Shown: positions 52,001 to 64,000 of the stretch, piece after piece | Layout of the letters: each line of letters starts with the position of its first letter | How positions within the stretch are numbered: position 1 is the stretch's first letter | Assembly (NCBI GenBank): GCA_043228905.1 | Contig: JBHGNT010000020.1 | Location: 2,914,001 to 2,978,000, forward strand | Direction of reading: 5' to 3' | Length of the DNA stretch: 64,000 bases | From: Azolla caroliniana | Taxonomy: Eukaryota; Plantae; Polypodiophyta | Translations under genes and position numbers: made by a program | Notes under the pieces: generated by a model | What the model saw: the letters and a program-made list of their open reading frames with translations, nothing else | What the model was told of the DNA's origin: nothing | Database searches by the model: none

Positions 52001-54662
52001 AGGGTTATAGCACTTATAACCCTTCTGCTCATCCGAGTAACCGACCAAGATGCATTTCTCGGCCTTTGCGTCCAACTTCCTCCTTTTCTCCTTCGGTATA
52101 TGCACATACGCAATGCTACCGAACACCCTCAAGTGTCGCAAGTTCAGCTTCGTTCCGAAATATAGCTCGTGCGCCGACACTTTGTCTCCGGTCCGGTTCT
52201 GGATGTATACCGCGGTCCTTACCGCCTCGGCCCAGTAGAACTTGGGCAAGCTCTTCTCCTCCAGCATTGCCCGTGCCGCTTCCACAATCGACCGATTCTT
52301 CCTCTCGGTCACGCCGTTCTGCTCCGGCGTGTATCAACAACTGAATTCGCGCCGAATTCCCATTTGTTGTAGATAACCGTTGAATTGACCGGAAAAGTAC
52401 TCTTTCCCGCCATCCGACCGCAGGCACCTGATCTTTCGTCTCGTTTCCGTTTCCATGAACCCTTTGAGGTCCTGGAAACAGTCGAAGACTTCGCTCTTCC
52501 TCTCAATGAGGTAGATCCACATGTGCCGCGTGTGGTCGTCGATGAAGGAGACGAAATATCGGCTCCCGCCAAGGCTAACGTTTTGTGCCGACCCCCACAC
52601 ATCCGAGTGTATAAGGTCGAGCTTGTTCCGGCTCCGGTTTCGCTCGTTGGGGAAAGGAAGTCAGTGTTGCTTCCTGAGCTAGCAGGCTTCACAAATTTGT
52701 GCCTTTCGGCCACTAAACTTGGGCAATCCGAACACTACCTGTTTCGATTGCAGATCTTGAAGCCACTGGTAGTTGACGTGGCCTATCCGCTTGTGCCACA
52801 AGTCGATGTCCGACTCGGCTTTTTGTCCCTTTGCAAACATTGCGGTGCCGCCGTCAGTGGAATCGAGGATGAACATCCTCCCGTCTCTGCGCCCTTGCGC
52901 AATCACACAACCTTCTTCCTCAATGAAGCACCCGAGGTCTGTAAACCGAACCTCCATCCCTTGGTCGACGATCTGTCCGACCGAGACCAAGTTCTTCGTG
53001 ATTGTCGGAACGTGTAGCACGTTCATGAGTTTCCCTTTCTGCCCGACATGGCTAAGGGGAACTTCTCCGACATTCGCGATCGGATGTAGAGTGTCATCTC
53101 CTGTTGCGACTACTCCAGGTTGTATCGGTTTTTCAAGGTACGAGAACCACTCCTTATGGCTCGTCATGTGGTTTGACGCGCCGGAGTCTACATACCACAC
53201 CTCGTCCGATCTCGGGGTGTTCTGTTTCATTGAGTTTGCTTCATGTCTCGTCACGAAGACAGACCCTTCTCCGTCTCTCCCGGAGTCTTCGGCGTAGTGC
53301 GATCGCTGCCGATTTCCCTTGTCGGTATGTCCGGAGCTGTTTCCGGAACCGGTTCTCTCCAAATCGGCGCGCTTCTTCCAGCACTCGCTTTCCCTGTGGC
53401 CTTTCTTGCCACAGTACCAGCACTCTGCGATAGCCTTCCCTTGCCGGTTCTCATCGCTTCGACTCCCCCTGTTTCCGGAGGGTCCGGAGTTGCTGTCGGC
53501 ATCACTTCAGTGCCTTCTTTCTTGATCTCATCGGCCGCCTTCATTACGCCCCGACTCGCCTCGTCCTCCACGTCCATGAGGCCTATCTCCCTCCATGTAC
53601 AACATTCTGCTGTCAGCGTGCGTGCTTGTAGACGCACCCGCGTGGTTCTCCTCTACCAGGAGCATCGACTGTAAGTCGAAAAAGGACGACGTATTCTCTC
53701 GGGTACACACAACCGTTCGGAATGCTCCGAACTTCGACGCCAAACCTCTGAGACAGATCTGGACCTTCTCGCTCTCCTCGATGTTCACCTCTATGGAGGC
53801 GAGGGACTCGCTCTCCTCGATCTTTGAGGTATAGTCCGCCACTGACAAATCGCGTTGTCGTAGGTTGCTCAACTCCTGTCGGGGCTGAAGCTTCCTGGCT
53901 GTGGTGCTCGCGGCGAAAATCTTTTTCAGATTTTCCCACGCACCCTTCGGCGTCTTTGCATCCCGAACATAGCTTAGTAGCTGTTCGCCCACACACGACA
54001 CGAAGCAGTACAACACCCTGCTCGCCGATTGCTCCCACAACGGGAAGTCTCTGTGTGTCGATTCGGGTGCCGCGTCATTAGCTCCTTCGACATAACTCCA
54101 GTAGCCGTGCCCGAGCAGGTACTGGTGCATCTTGTAGGACCAAGACGCGTAGTTCGTTCTGTCGAGCTTCTTTGTTGGAAGCGAGCTCGCCATGCCTCTA
54201 TCCATCGTTCTTCTCGTTCTTCTTCGTCAAGCTGTGTCGGCTGCAGAGAGGTTCTCAACCCTCGCGCTCTGATACCATGTAAAAAATAGCGTGCGGAAGT
54301 AAGTATGAAGATGAAACAGAAGGAAGGAAACTCAGGTTCAATGGAGAGCTTGAGCTTACGCAGTATATGCGGGAGAGACAGAGAGAGAAACACAAAAAAT
54401 ATATTCAACAATAATACTCAGTCTGTACATAAGACGTGCTTAGTGAACACTTTTATACAAGTCCTGGAAGGACTGACCGAAGTACTGACAATACTTCAAT
54501 GCTCATTAAGAGCTCCTACACTAACTCCCAAATATATTCCTCACGGAATATCTTTCCTAACGACCTCCTGGTTTACGCACTCGGCCTAACCGATCGGTCC
54601 CAGCCGATCCGGTCCTCGGCTTCTTCAGCCGATCTGGCCGATGTTGAGCTTGTCTCTCAACA
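49002..54662 (-). mobile_element. Full-length Ty1/copia (family A, copy 2), TSD TTTTC
   Basis: 385-bp LTRs at 54278-54662 and 49002-49386. PBS at 54266-54277. PPT at 49387-49397. TTTTC at 48997-49001 and 54663-54667. The terminal CA of the 3' LTR is mutated to TA. Confidence 0.95.
49474..54205 (-). pseudogene. copia gag-pol polyprotein, disrupted
   Basis: ORF pieces 53528-54205, 52679-53362, 52334-52600, 51581-52312, 50395-51495 and 49474-50208 are collinear with copy 1. Confidence 0.92.
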
Positions 54663-54913
54663 TTTTCTAAGAGGGAAGTAGGGCTCCCTCACGCAAGGTT
54701 CTACTTGGAAGCCCTTGCTCAAACCTCTTGTTAGTTACCTCTTCGAGTGCTACATGCACTCAACCACAATTCAAGGCATACTTACGGGACTTGCTAACTG
54801 CCCTTAGTTTATTTCTACAAGGAAGCAAGAATGGATTGTGGAACTTAACCAATTAGATAATGTATCAATTATACGTCAATAATAGGCAAAAACATAACAA
54901 ATAATGTACAAAA

Positions 54914-56270
54914 TGAGCGGAATAGTGCTCGGCCACAACCTAGCCTCAATAACACGATGGAAGAAACAACAAACAGAAATAAGACGACACAGAATATTAA
55001 CGTGGAAAACCTCAAGAGGAAAAACCACGGGAGTTCGCGGAACTCCGAACAGGATGGCTATAGAGCAGAGGTACTACAAAGTGAGACTCAAAGGCAACGA
55101 CCTCGAGCTCTGTCTTCGCCAACCAGCGGTTACAACATAAAAACGTTCTATATCTCTCACTCACTCACTCACTCTCTCCCCCCCTATACAACAATACGAC
55201 TATAATGATGATCTACACCCATAATAGTATTGCCCTAGTTATATTTATACGTATATAACTTTGGGGCTATTTACAAATATGACCTCAACGGTCACATATG
55301 AACATATTTACTAATATGTTCCTATTTGCTGGTTCATACTGGATCCGGCCGGACTCCTTTCGGATCCATCCGATCCGGTATCCAGATACCTTCTAGATCC
55401 ATCCATCCGGTCCGGTTCCTTCCTTCGTCTCATCTGATCCGGCTCATCCAGTTCTCTTCCGGAGGGACTTGTTTCCCAACAAACTTCCCCTTCACTCCAG
55501 CATGGGATGTCTCGTTAGTCCCATCCGTCTCCGGCACATGTTCAACTTGTTTGTTGACAACACCTCCGTTTTCCTCCGTATGGATCTTCGTAAGCGAAAA
55601 TTCTTTATCTTCTACCTTCTCCCAGAGCCAATGATATCTCCTTTGGATGTTCTTGTTTCGGGAAGGCGTTCTTCGCGAGGCGGATGACACTTTGATTGTC
55701 GCAATAGAGACGGAATTCCTCCTACCGGATCCCTAGCTCTCCTATGAAGTCATTCATCCGGATTACCTCTTTGCCGGCTTCCACGACTGCCATGTACTTT
55801 GCTTCCATTGTAAACAGTGCAACGGACTTCTGCAGCCTCGATTGCCACGATACGACTCCCCCTGCATATGTCATAACATATCCGGATGTAGACCGGCTGG
55901 TATCTACGTCAGCCGACATGTCTGAATCGGTGAAGCCTTCCAATAGGGGTTTACCGGAGCCGAATCGGAGGCATATGTTCGCGGTGCCTTTCAGGTACCG
56001 GAGTATCCATTTGACAACGACCCAATGTTCTCTTCCCGGATTGCTCATGAACCGGATGACCACTTCGACCGCATATCCGATATTCGGTTGTGTACACACC
56101 ATTGCGTACATGAGGCTTCCGATTGCAGAGACATACAATATCTTCATCATCTTCGACTTTTCCGTCTTTGTCTTCAGACATTGTTTCTCGAACAACTTGC
56201 AGTTAGCCGGAAGTGTCGACCCGACCGGCTTAACATCCGACATGCTGAATCATTGGAGTACCTTTGTCAC
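54914..56270 (-). mobile_element. Tork-like copia 3' fragment (RT/RNase H, PPT, LTR 54914-55481)
   Basis: ORF 55722-56243 (GSLMYAMVCT, FTDSDM, STSGYVMTYAGG). PPT GTGAAGGGGAAGTT at 55482-55495. Confidence 0.88.
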
Positions 56271-58361
56271 GTTCGTTCGTTCCTAAATATTTGGAACGCC
56301 AACCATGTGTCGTAGAGGCTTCCGAAAGCCAACACCCACGCTTCCAAAATTGTGGAGTTTGGCCTGTCCTCGATGAACGCGCCGCTCGTTGGCATTCCCA
56401 ACTCGACATCACGACTTTTGCCTCCTTTGACCAACTCCACTTGGTGTTTTTACACTTCTTTCACCGAAGCATTCCACAACGCGAAATTATCGGGCATTTC
56501 TACTCTATTCGGCAGCTTGAGCAAGAGTCCGTCGCTAATTTCAGCTTACGGTTCTAGAATCTAAGATGCCAGCTGACAAGAGTTCCCACGGAAGATGAGG
56601 CAAAAGAAATATTTTTGGCTGCCTTGCACCGACCCTTGCGAACGATGTTGGGAATGCAAAATTTCACAGGACAAACGGCGGACACGACGATCATTGAATG
56701 GGCCTTACAACTAGAGTTAGAAGATGAGGACGACGGGTTGTCCATGGCGTTGTTACAACAAGCGTTACCTAAAGATGAGGAGTATCGTTTTCGACATGCC
56801 GTCCAGTGCACAACCTCTTTAAACTTGGGACACTCAACGATGAGTGCAACATGCGAGTCAACTGTCCTATTTGTCACTCGTGGGCGCATATGGTGGACCA
56901 ATGTGATTATAATATGTTAAATCACCCTATGGCACCGATACGCCGAATGGAGCCTCAACATACTAATCGACGAACTGACTAGAGCTGACAAGAGGAGCGC
57001 TACCGAAGTTCGTAGCGCAACCGTCGTTCAGGCAATCATCCTCCCTGCGACAATGATCCATATCCGGAGGAAGAGGAGTACCCAAGAAATGATCGCTATA
57101 ATCCTCGGGGAGGACGACGCTACGACAACCGGTGTTCCACTAAGCTAGTCCAGCAAAGGCACTACTAAATGAACCCAAATTACGCGGCACATGTAACAGA
57201 AAATTGATACACTTTTAAAAATCGGGTTCATTAGGCCGGTTAAACAAGCCACATGGCTTAGTCCGATCATGGTCGTACCAAAGAAAAACAGTAAAATCCG
57301 TGTTTGTGTTGACTATCGCAAATGAATGCAATTACGATCACGAATGCCTTTCCTTTGCCATTTATAGACAACGTACTCGATGCCGTAGCGGGTCATGAAA
57401 TGTACAACTTCCTGGATGGCTTTAGCGGGTAAAATTAGATATGCATGCATCCAAACGACCAGGAAAAGACCGCTTTCGTGATGGATTGGGTCGTGTTCGT
57501 AGCCGTGGTCATGATGTTCGGGTTGAAGATTGCCCCAGCAACGTTCCAACACACCATCACCAAAAAATTTGGTGAGTTCATCCCCGCATTCATGCAGGTT
57601 TTTCTTGATGACTTTGCGGTATATGGAGTGCGAGCGGGTCATTTAGGACATTTATGACAATGCTTGGAGCGATGCCATTCAGCATGACTCAACCTCAGTT
57701 CGGCCAAATGTGCATTCGGTGTCACGAGTGGAGCCCTTCTTGGACACATAGTGAGCAGAGAAGGTATTGCGGTGGATCCCGGGAAAATCAAAGCCATCGT
57801 TGAGGCCCCAACCCCACGCAACGGAAAAGCCCTTAGTCGCTTCTTGGGGCAGATTCGTTAGCACAACCGCATGCTAAGCTATCTAACGGATTTCACCACG
57901 CCATTACACGCAACGGTGCATCACAATCCCTTCAAGTGGACAACGTTAGAAGACAAGGCAAGGCGTACATAGCCCTAAAAGTAATGCTTACGCAGGCACC
58001 AGTCGTACAACCTATGGCCTGGACGAAGCCATTTCATGTGTTCGTGGACACATCCGACATAGCCCATCAGTAGCGCACTCATGCAGCTATCCGAGTCGAA
58101 CTGGTATCGACTAGTGTACTACTCTAGCCGCAAATTAACGGACGCCAATTAAATTACTCCATGACAGAGCAAGAAACATTAGGAATGATATATAATGTCA
58201 ACAAGTTTCAGCATTACCTAATAGGCCGGAAGTTCACCTTTCATGTTGATCACACGATGCTACTCTATCTTGTCTCAAAACAGTCGTTGAGCGGGAAGCT
58301 GGTCCGATGGATGCTGTTGTTATAGGAGTTCGAGTTTGAGATCCGACATCGGCCAGGGACC
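56271..58361 (+). mobile_element. Non-chromoviral Ty3/gypsy internal fragment (gag fused by deletion to RT/RNase H)
   Basis: Gag-like QLEQESVANF. RT motifs VVPKKNSKIRVCVDYR, FLDGFSG, MMFGLKIAPATFQ and VFLDDF. RNase H FHVFVD. Confidence 0.82.
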
Positions 58362-58790
58362 TGTTACCGGTTAGGAACACTACCCACTCACAGTCCTTCG
58401 GGGTAGGTTTCAAGGTGATCGTGGTGCAAGCGAATAGGAATGCGTAGTGCATGAACCGTAAGGACTTTACGCAGTAGAGCGGGGTCAAAGTCGTAAGGGA
58501 GACGGCTACAACCGAGCCTCCAACTGTACGTGGATACGCAATGCGCACTTTCCCTATGCTTACTGCTACACAGTCGTGTACAAAGAATGAAGGATGAGAG
58601 ACAAGAGACTGATAGACAGAATACCAAGATCAAAGAAGACAGAAACTATATTAAATGGTGCTCTCCAAAATACGCTAGCCCTTTACAATGTTCTTTCACC
58701 CTTTATATACACAGGGCTTCTGATCGGTTACGCTTCTTACGTGAACCATTACATGCATTACTTTTGTCTCCCCTTGCTTCTTAAAACCTT
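58362..58790 (-). mobile_element. Probable truncated LTR of an unidentified family
   Basis: Begins abruptly with TGTTAC in the gypsy RNase H. It is non-coding and has minus-strand TATATAAAGG near 58700-58710. Confidence 0.45.
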
Positions 58791-60635
58791 CATGGCTCCC
58801 CCTTATCGGTTAGCAACACATGCTCTGCATCCGGAAATCTCCAAGGGGTTCTTCTCTCTCGGAGAGGATATCTCTGTCCCTGGTTTCTGACTGCCGGTTC
58901 CTCTGTTTGTTCCTCATCCGAATCCAATTCGGGATCTTGTTTGGTTTCGGTGTATTCTTCTTCTTCTTCGGTCGGTTCGGTTTCTTGTCCGTAACCGGCC
59001 GGTTCGTCTAGTGTCATTCGGTTACCGGCTAACATCCGGTTTTCAACCGGGTAGGTCCTTGTGTCCTCAAACCAGTTTTCATTAGGTGATACGGAGTTCG
59101 TCACCTCCTTCTCCAACTCCGTCCAAGGGTACTGAGGGTGATTTGTTTATCACATAGGTCGTCGTCGTCAGCGCCTCAGCCCAAAACGTCTTGGGTAACT
59201 TTGCATGTGCCACCATGCTCCGGACTCTCTCCCTCATGGTCCGGTTCATCCGTTCGGCCAACCCATTTAGTTCCGGCGTCCTCGGTGATGAGCATTAGTT
59301 CTTCTTCACTTGACGCGATCGCTGTTGTTCCCCTTCGGTCGGGGCCTCGCCGATCCGAACCGTTTCGGTCCGGTGACTTCTTCGAATCGGTACTGTTGGT
59401 TCCCTTGTCTTTCCAGAAATGCTGACAGTTCTTCTGGAAGTGCCCCGGCTTGCCGCAATAGAAGCAAGTGGGCCTCCCTCTTCACTTTGACCGTGTCCCC
59501 GACTTTTCCCAGTTCTGGGGACTCCGATTCCTTTGTCTTCCGCGTTTCGATTCGGTAAGGAGGGCTTTAGTGTCGGAGATCACCTCCTTGTCTTTCTGAC
59601 GCGCCTCCTCATCTAGCAAGCTCGACTGTTTTCCTTCTGGCCCAATGTTGCCCAACGTGACAACTAACGTCTCCCAGCTATCCAGGAGGGAACCTCATCG
59701 GCGAGAGGTACTTCCAACGAGTTTGCCTGATGTATCAGTGCCTAGAAGGCATTCATGTGCTCCGCCATACTGGAGCCATCATGGTACCAAAATCTTACTA
59801 GCTTCCGGAATACCGAAACCCGATTAACAACATTTTTGTTCTGAAACATAATGCCGATCTTGTCCCAGAGCTCATGAGCCTTGCTCTCTTCATTGAAGTT
59901 GTTGTACAGGCTCATGTCGATGAAGCACCGAATGTATGCCGTCGTCTTCATGTGCATCACCTCCCACACTGTGGCGTCGATCTTATCCGGTCTCTTGCCC
60001 CTGAATTGAACCGGCAACCAAAGATCTTTAACCACTAGCATGTCCCTCATCTTCGACTTCCACATTGAGTACTTGGAGCTGGTGCGCTTGAACATGCCGC
60101 CGAACGATTCTTCCATTTTCTGTGTTGTTCGCTCTGATACCACTTTGTTGAGAAATTGCACGGAATATTGCTCGGCACAACCGAGTCTTGAACACTTCGA
60201 TGAGAATGGAGAACACATAAATGGGAATTGAAGAGTGAACACAAGATGTTTATGTGGAAAACCCTAATATGGAAAAACCACGGGAGCCCTCAGACTCCGA
60301 ACTATCACTATGAAGAGAAGGGGTACAATCAGATACTCGTAGGCAACGACCTCGAGCTTTGTATCTTCGTTAGGCGGCGGTTACAACAGAGTATCGCTCT
60401 GTATATCTCTCTCCCTCTTTGTCGCTCTCACTATACAATCGTTACATATACATCACTATACTTAAAGTGATTGCCCTAAGTCGTATTTATACTTATATGA
60501 CCTTAGGGCTATTTACAAATGTAGCCTCAATAGGCTTACTGAAGACATATTTACAAATCTGTCAACTCTTCCGGTTCTCACCGGGTCCTTTTTATTCATC
60601 ACCGAATCCCATCCGGAGAGATCAATTTCCCAACA
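58790..60635 (-). mobile_element. Tork-like copia 5' part with large internal deletions (LTR 60146-60635, PBS 60131-60142, gag, integrase tail)
   Basis: PBS is tRNA-iMet type. Gag YSMWKSKMRDML, zinc knuckle CFYCGKPGHFQKNC, and integrase tail RYPLRERR. Confidence 0.85.
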
Positions 60636-62400
60636 ATCTCCCCCTTCACTCCGGCATGGGATATCTTGTCAGCCCAATCCGCTTTCGGCACGCGTCCAGC
60701 TTGTCGGTTGTCAGGACCTTGGTCAGCATGTTCAACCCGTTCTCCTCCGTGTGGATCTTCGTCAGCACGAACTGTTGATCTTCTACTCTCTCTCAGATCC
60801 AGTGGTACCTCCATTGGATATGTTTTGTCTAGGAATGGTATGCCACGTTCTTTGCAAGGTGGATGGTATCTTCATCATCGTGTACATCAAGCTCCCGATG
60901 ATAGAGGCATATGGTATCTTCATCATATCTGTCTTCTCCGCCTTTGTCCTCGGGCTTTGTTTTCCGGATAGCTTGCAGTTTGTCGGAAGTGTCGATCCGA
61001 CTGATTTCGCCTCCGACATGTTGAACCATTGAAGCACCTTTGTCACATACTTCTCCTGTGACAACCACAACAGCTTCTTAGACCGGTCGCAGATGATGTG
61101 CATTCCCAATATTTGTCTTGCCGGCCCCATGTCTTTCATTGAGAAAGTTCAGTTCAGAGCCTTCTTCAGCATCCGTATCTTGACTTGGTCTCGTCCGACG
61201 ATCAACATATCATCCACATATAGGAGTACCAGGAAATCTCCTCCGTCAAATTTCTTCACAAACACACAGTGATCGGCTTGCGTCTTTTGGTACCCTTGGT
61301 CGGTCATGAAGGAGTCGAACTTCCGGTACCATTGCCAGGGAGCTTGCTTCAGTCCGTATAGGCTCTTCTTCATCTAGCACACCAGGTGCTCCTTCCCTTT
61401 CTTCTCAAATCCTTCCGGTTGATGCATGTAAATCTCTTCTTTGATGTCACCATGGAGGAATGCGGTCTTCACGTCCAGTTGCTCTACCTCGAGGTCCATG
61501 CTTGGCCCTATTCCCAATACCGTCCGGATGGATGTCATCTTTACTACCAGGGCAAAGATCTCATCAAAATCGACTCCTTTCTTTTGCTAGAAGCCCTTCA
61601 ACACGATTCGGGCCTTATATCTTGGTGGATTTTTGGCATCTCCTAGTTTTAGCTTGTACACCCACTTGTTCCAGAGTGCTCTCTTCCCTTTTGGCAACTC
61701 TGTCAGTTCATATATGTGGTTCTCATACAGGGAATCCATCTCGTCCTGGCACTCAACCACTTGCGGCTGTGGGTGTCTCTCTTTGCTTCTTTGAAGCTTT
61801 TCGGCTCCCCCTCATTGGTTAGCAACACATGCTCTACATCCGGAAATCTCCGGGGCGCTCTTCTCTCTTGGAGAGGATATCTCCATCCTTGGCTTCTGAC
61901 TATCAGTTCCTCCGTTTGTTCCTCATCCTCATCCGATTCAGGATCTTGTCCGGTTCTGGTGTCTTCTTCTTCTTCGGTTGGTTCAGTTTCTTGTCTGAAT
62001 CCGGCCGGTTCGTCAAGTGTCATTTGGTTTCCAGCCAACATCCGGTTTTCAACCGGGTAGGTCCTTGTGTCCTAAGGCCGGTTTTCATTGGATGATCCGG
62101 AGTTCATCACCTTCTTCTCCGACTGCCAGTCGGCAATGGTCCTGTCTTCCATGAAGACTATGTCCCGACTCCAGTACACCTTCTTGTCACCAGATCCCAC
62201 ACTCGGTAACCGAACTCATTATCTCCGCATCAAAGGAATATGCATGGTCTGGACTTCGGATCCAACTTTGCTCTCTTGTCCTTTGCAACATGCACATATG
62301 CGAGACACCCGAACACCTTCAGATGCCGGTAAGATACATCTTTACCGGTCCATAATTTCTGAGGTGAGTCTCCTTCCAAGGGTGCTGAGGGTGATCTATT
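60146..62400 (-). mobile_element. Tork-like copia 3' part (integrase tail, RT, RNase H relic, PPT) ending in the same LTR
   Basis: LKVFGCLAYVHV, KKSLYGLKQAP and LYVDDML motifs. PPT GTGAAGGGGGAGAT at 60636-60649. Confidence 0.85.
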
Positions 62401-62915
62401 TATCACATAGGTCACCCTCTCCTTCTGTGTACGTCACCACTTCTTGTTTCATTCGCTCCGTGTTAGCCGCATTCGCTTTCTCTACCCAGGCCTGGGCTGC
62501 CTTGCGTATGTCGTCCAGTTCTGTCCATTCTGTGTTTTTCGCTTGACTACGCGTAATGACTTGTTGGACATCCGTTGTGATGGTATGCATGGTTGGGTCT
62601 TTGCCTTTATTTCGATGTGGGCATTGTGTCGTGTAGTGGCCTGATTGTTGGCACTCGAAGCAATGTACGTTAGATTCGCCTGTTTCTATTACTGGCGATG
62701 TAGGGGGTTCTAGGGGTATGGGTTGCTCTTCTTGTGTCTGCTGGAATCTTTTCTGGATTCGGGGTTGCTAGCGATACTCCCGACGAGGCTCTTGGCACCG
62801 TTCATCCTCTGAACTCTCCTCGTAACGGCGGTGGTCCTGCGTCATGCGATTATTGCCGTTCTGTCGAGGCCCAGCTTGTTCTCCACGATTGTTGGTAGGA
62901 CGTCGATTGTCGGGC
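62401..62915 (-). mobile_element. Gypsy-type gag C-terminal fragment
   Basis: CCHC knuckle CFECQQSGHYTTQC near 62620-62665, followed by VITRSQ. Confidence 0.6.
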
Positions 62916-64000
62916 CTTAGTGGAGATGTAAAAGATTTACTTCTTACCTTCCCTGAGGATCCAAAATCCCTTACAGAAGCTATTAGCCGAGTAATACGGT
63001 GTGATAATCGGCATTTTGAGCGTCGGTCCGAGCGACAACAACAACAAACATGATCAATATTTACGCCAACTTATGCATCAGTGACGACCCAATCTCCAAG
63101 GCAACAATATAGCCCCGTCCCAACTCCACAGCAAGCACACAACCCAACACCAATGGATAGCCTGACACCGATGGAGATTGATATGATCCGGCGACGAGGA
63201 CCTTTATCAGATGAAGAGAAACAACGTCGTCGAGCAAATTGACTTTGCTTATATTGTGGAGGTCCAAGACATATTGCCATTCATTGTCCACACAGACCGA
63301 GACGTCAGGTACATCACATTAACTATGATAATAGAAATGAGTCTAGCATTATTGATAATAGAAATAACATTGTTGAAACTGTGCCAACTAGTGTTTCTAA
63401 TAATCCAACTCTATCCAATAAGTTTGAGGTCCTAAGCCAATTACATGAGGAGTCAAACAAATAAGTCTGGCCAAAATCGTAGCCGTTTGGTTGGATAGTC
63501 CTAGATCTGTACAACCTAGTGTGGGTTCCATCTCTTCCAAGCATGTTAGTAGAGTTTTCTCAAGCCAAGTACAAGTTAGGACACCAAGTTGTCAACTTCA
63601 TGTCCCAGCTCTCTTAGATACCGGAGCCAATTCTTGTTTCATGGATAGAGATTTTGCCTAAAAACATCAAATAGCCTTGCATAAACTCCTTGCCCAGTTT
63701 CCGTAGTAGTGATTGATGGATGACCCATAGCTTCTGGAAAGATATTCGAGGAGTTTGAGCCGATACACATACTCTTAGGTGATTTAGGATGTGTGGTCTC
63801 CTTTAACATAATCCGTAGCCTTGAGCATCCAATAGTCCTTGGTTTGCCATGGTTCGAGCTACACAACCCAAGAATTGATTGGAAACGACGAGAAATTAGG
63901 TGCCCTTCAAAAGGAAACATAGTAGTCAAGGGTTGAACCCAGGATCTTCTCCTTGAAAAACATAATGTTACCAATTCACCCTCTACCAAACATGTTGTTC
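62915..64000 (+). mobile_element. Third Tcn1-like chromovirus fragment (gag-protease), running off the window
   Basis: DVKDLLLTFPEDPKSLTEAI, PMEID, LCLYCGG..HIAIHC, LLDTGANSCFMD and LGLPWFELHNPRIDW. Confidence 0.88.

Overview
Eukaryotic land-plant nuclear DNA, probably from a non-seed plant (fern, lycophyte or bryophyte). This is an inference from the Tcn1-like chromoviruses and the intron style. About 75% of the window is nested, decayed LTR retrotransposons. These include three related Ty1/copia copies whose LTRs start TGTTGAGAG (10549-16243 +, 31090-36789 +, 49002-54662 -), Tnt1/Tork-like copia elements with solo and truncated LTRs, three Tcn1-like Ty3/gypsy chromovirus copies or fragments, and non-chromoviral gypsy fragments. 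One intact host gene lies in an LTR-free island on the minus strand (43985-38456): 10 coding exons, 566 aa, two BRCT-like domains, and a U12-type AT-AC intron. The most notable observations are that AT-AC intron; a conserved copia pol C-terminal extension bracketed by two polypurine tracts, with the functional tract in a hairpin loop; a -1 frameshift cassette between chromovirus gag and pol; a 226-bp satellite derived from an LTR promoter, with dimeric higher-order structure; a copia copy without a target-site duplication (TSD) that sits in a duplicated target; and one LTR shared by two tandem elements. All calls were made by eye without database searches.
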